Source: Tetramitus jugosus
Lineage: Eukaryota > Protista > Heterolobosea
Reading direction: 5' to 3'
Assembly (NCBI GenBank): GCA_937625935.1
Contig: OW569367.1
Coordinates: 124,001-188,000, forward strand
Length of the DNA stretch: 64,000 nt
Position 1 is the first letter of the stretch. The number at the start of each line of letters is the position of its first letter. The translations under genes and the position numbers were made by a program. The notes beneath the pieces are model-generated. The model did no database searches, had not been told where the DNA came from, and saw only the letters and a list, made by a program, of their open reading frames with translations. This document shows, in pieces, positions 63,380 through 64,000 of this stretch.

Positions 63380-64000
63380 TTACAAATCCTTGAATTTGGC
63401 AAGTTCAGTTTTGCTTGGAATGTAGTAGTAGTTACTGGAGAGGCACTTTGAGAACTTCATCACATAGTCACTATGTCCATCCTCGGTCTTTCCAACCATT
63501 CTGTCAAGCATTCGATCAAAATGAGTGACATTGTTGGAATAAGCAATGAACAGAAGACCACTGTCTCCACCTACACTGCCATATGGCATACTCTGTCTAA
63601 CGATTGGTATTCTCTTGAAACCTTCGTCTCTCATACGACGAACATGGGAGGTAAGTGGCATCTCCTTCTCTGACAACTCTTCACTCCAGTCCTTCTTTCT
63701 TCCGATCCAACCCTCTTGTTCTCTCTGTCCTATATTCTTCAATCCCTGAAGATCGTGTTGCCAAACTTGGTGGATGAGGAAACTGCCACCAGTTTGAGGA
63801 ATAACTGCTGCTTCGACTCTTTCTTCCTTTGTGGTTGGATTCTCGGTTCCATCGATGAAACCAGACAAGTCTCTTCCATCTCTGAATTGCCATCCATATC
63901 TATCTTCTATTTTAACAATTGCTTCCTGTGGCAATGCATTGACAAATGCTTGCACCACTTCATAGCATTGAGATCTCGAGTCTGCCTTGACATGAAGAAC
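63380..64000 (-). CDS. DyP-type (dye-decolorizing) heme peroxidase, YfeX-like, 5'-partial
   Basis: RDLSGFIDGTENP (GxxDG), SHVRR (proximal His), IVRQSMPYG and GLLFIAYS. Frame open to the window end. Confidence 0.92.
   Translation of the reverse strand, partial: VLHVKADSRSQCYEVVQAFVNALPQEAIVKIEDRYGWQFRDGRDLSGFIDGTENPTTKEERVEAAVIPQTGGSFLIHQVWQHDLQGLKNIGQREQEGWIGRKKDWSEELSEKEMPLTSHVRRMRDEGFKRIPIVRQSMPYGSVGGDSGLLFIAYSNNVTHFDRMLDRMVGKTEDGHSDYVMKFSKCLSSNYYYIPSKTELAKFKDL

Noticed and set aside
1-64000. Transposons, CRISPR arrays, rRNA, or a non-standard genetic code
   Set aside because: No transposase, reverse transcriptase or integrase motifs, no regularly spaced repeats and no rRNA recognised. 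TAA, TAG and TGA all terminate conserved genes.

Overview
Gene-dense eukaryotic nuclear DNA in the standard code, with few introns and intergenic gaps mostly under 600 nt. Many CDSs carry trinucleotide low-complexity insertions. Ciliary/centriolar genes (ARL6, WRAP73), an RWP-RK factor and sparse GT-AG introns suggest a flagellated protist, possibly a heterolobosean relative of Naegleria; this is an inference. About 35 protein genes are supported, including INTS1 (partial), ARL6, SAMHD1, cyclin B, YIPF6, a PPR protein, an NMD3-like protein, calpain-7, an MFAP1-like protein, NPRL2, ZNF511-like, COA4-like, MgtE, VPS51, alanine aminotransferase, WRAP73, DPYD, APC1, ODC carrier, ZNHIT2, IMP4, mitochondrial IF2 and a DyP peroxidase (partial). 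There is also one tRNA-Val(AAC) and five introns reconstructed by hand. The most notable unexplained signal is a GC-rich island with competing helices inside DPYD intron 2, which could be an RNA switch, an ncRNA or an internal promoter. Other signals: a double hairpin in the YIPF6 intron, an F-box gene whose F-box is out of frame with both flanks, an LRR-PAH fusion, truncated NMD3 and MFAP1 homologs, two PTS1-ending proteins (one a Cys-less peroxiredoxin-like fold), and a recurrent TTTGGCG promoter motif. No mobile elements, rRNA or CRISPR arrays were recognised. All homology calls come from motif recognition, not database searches.
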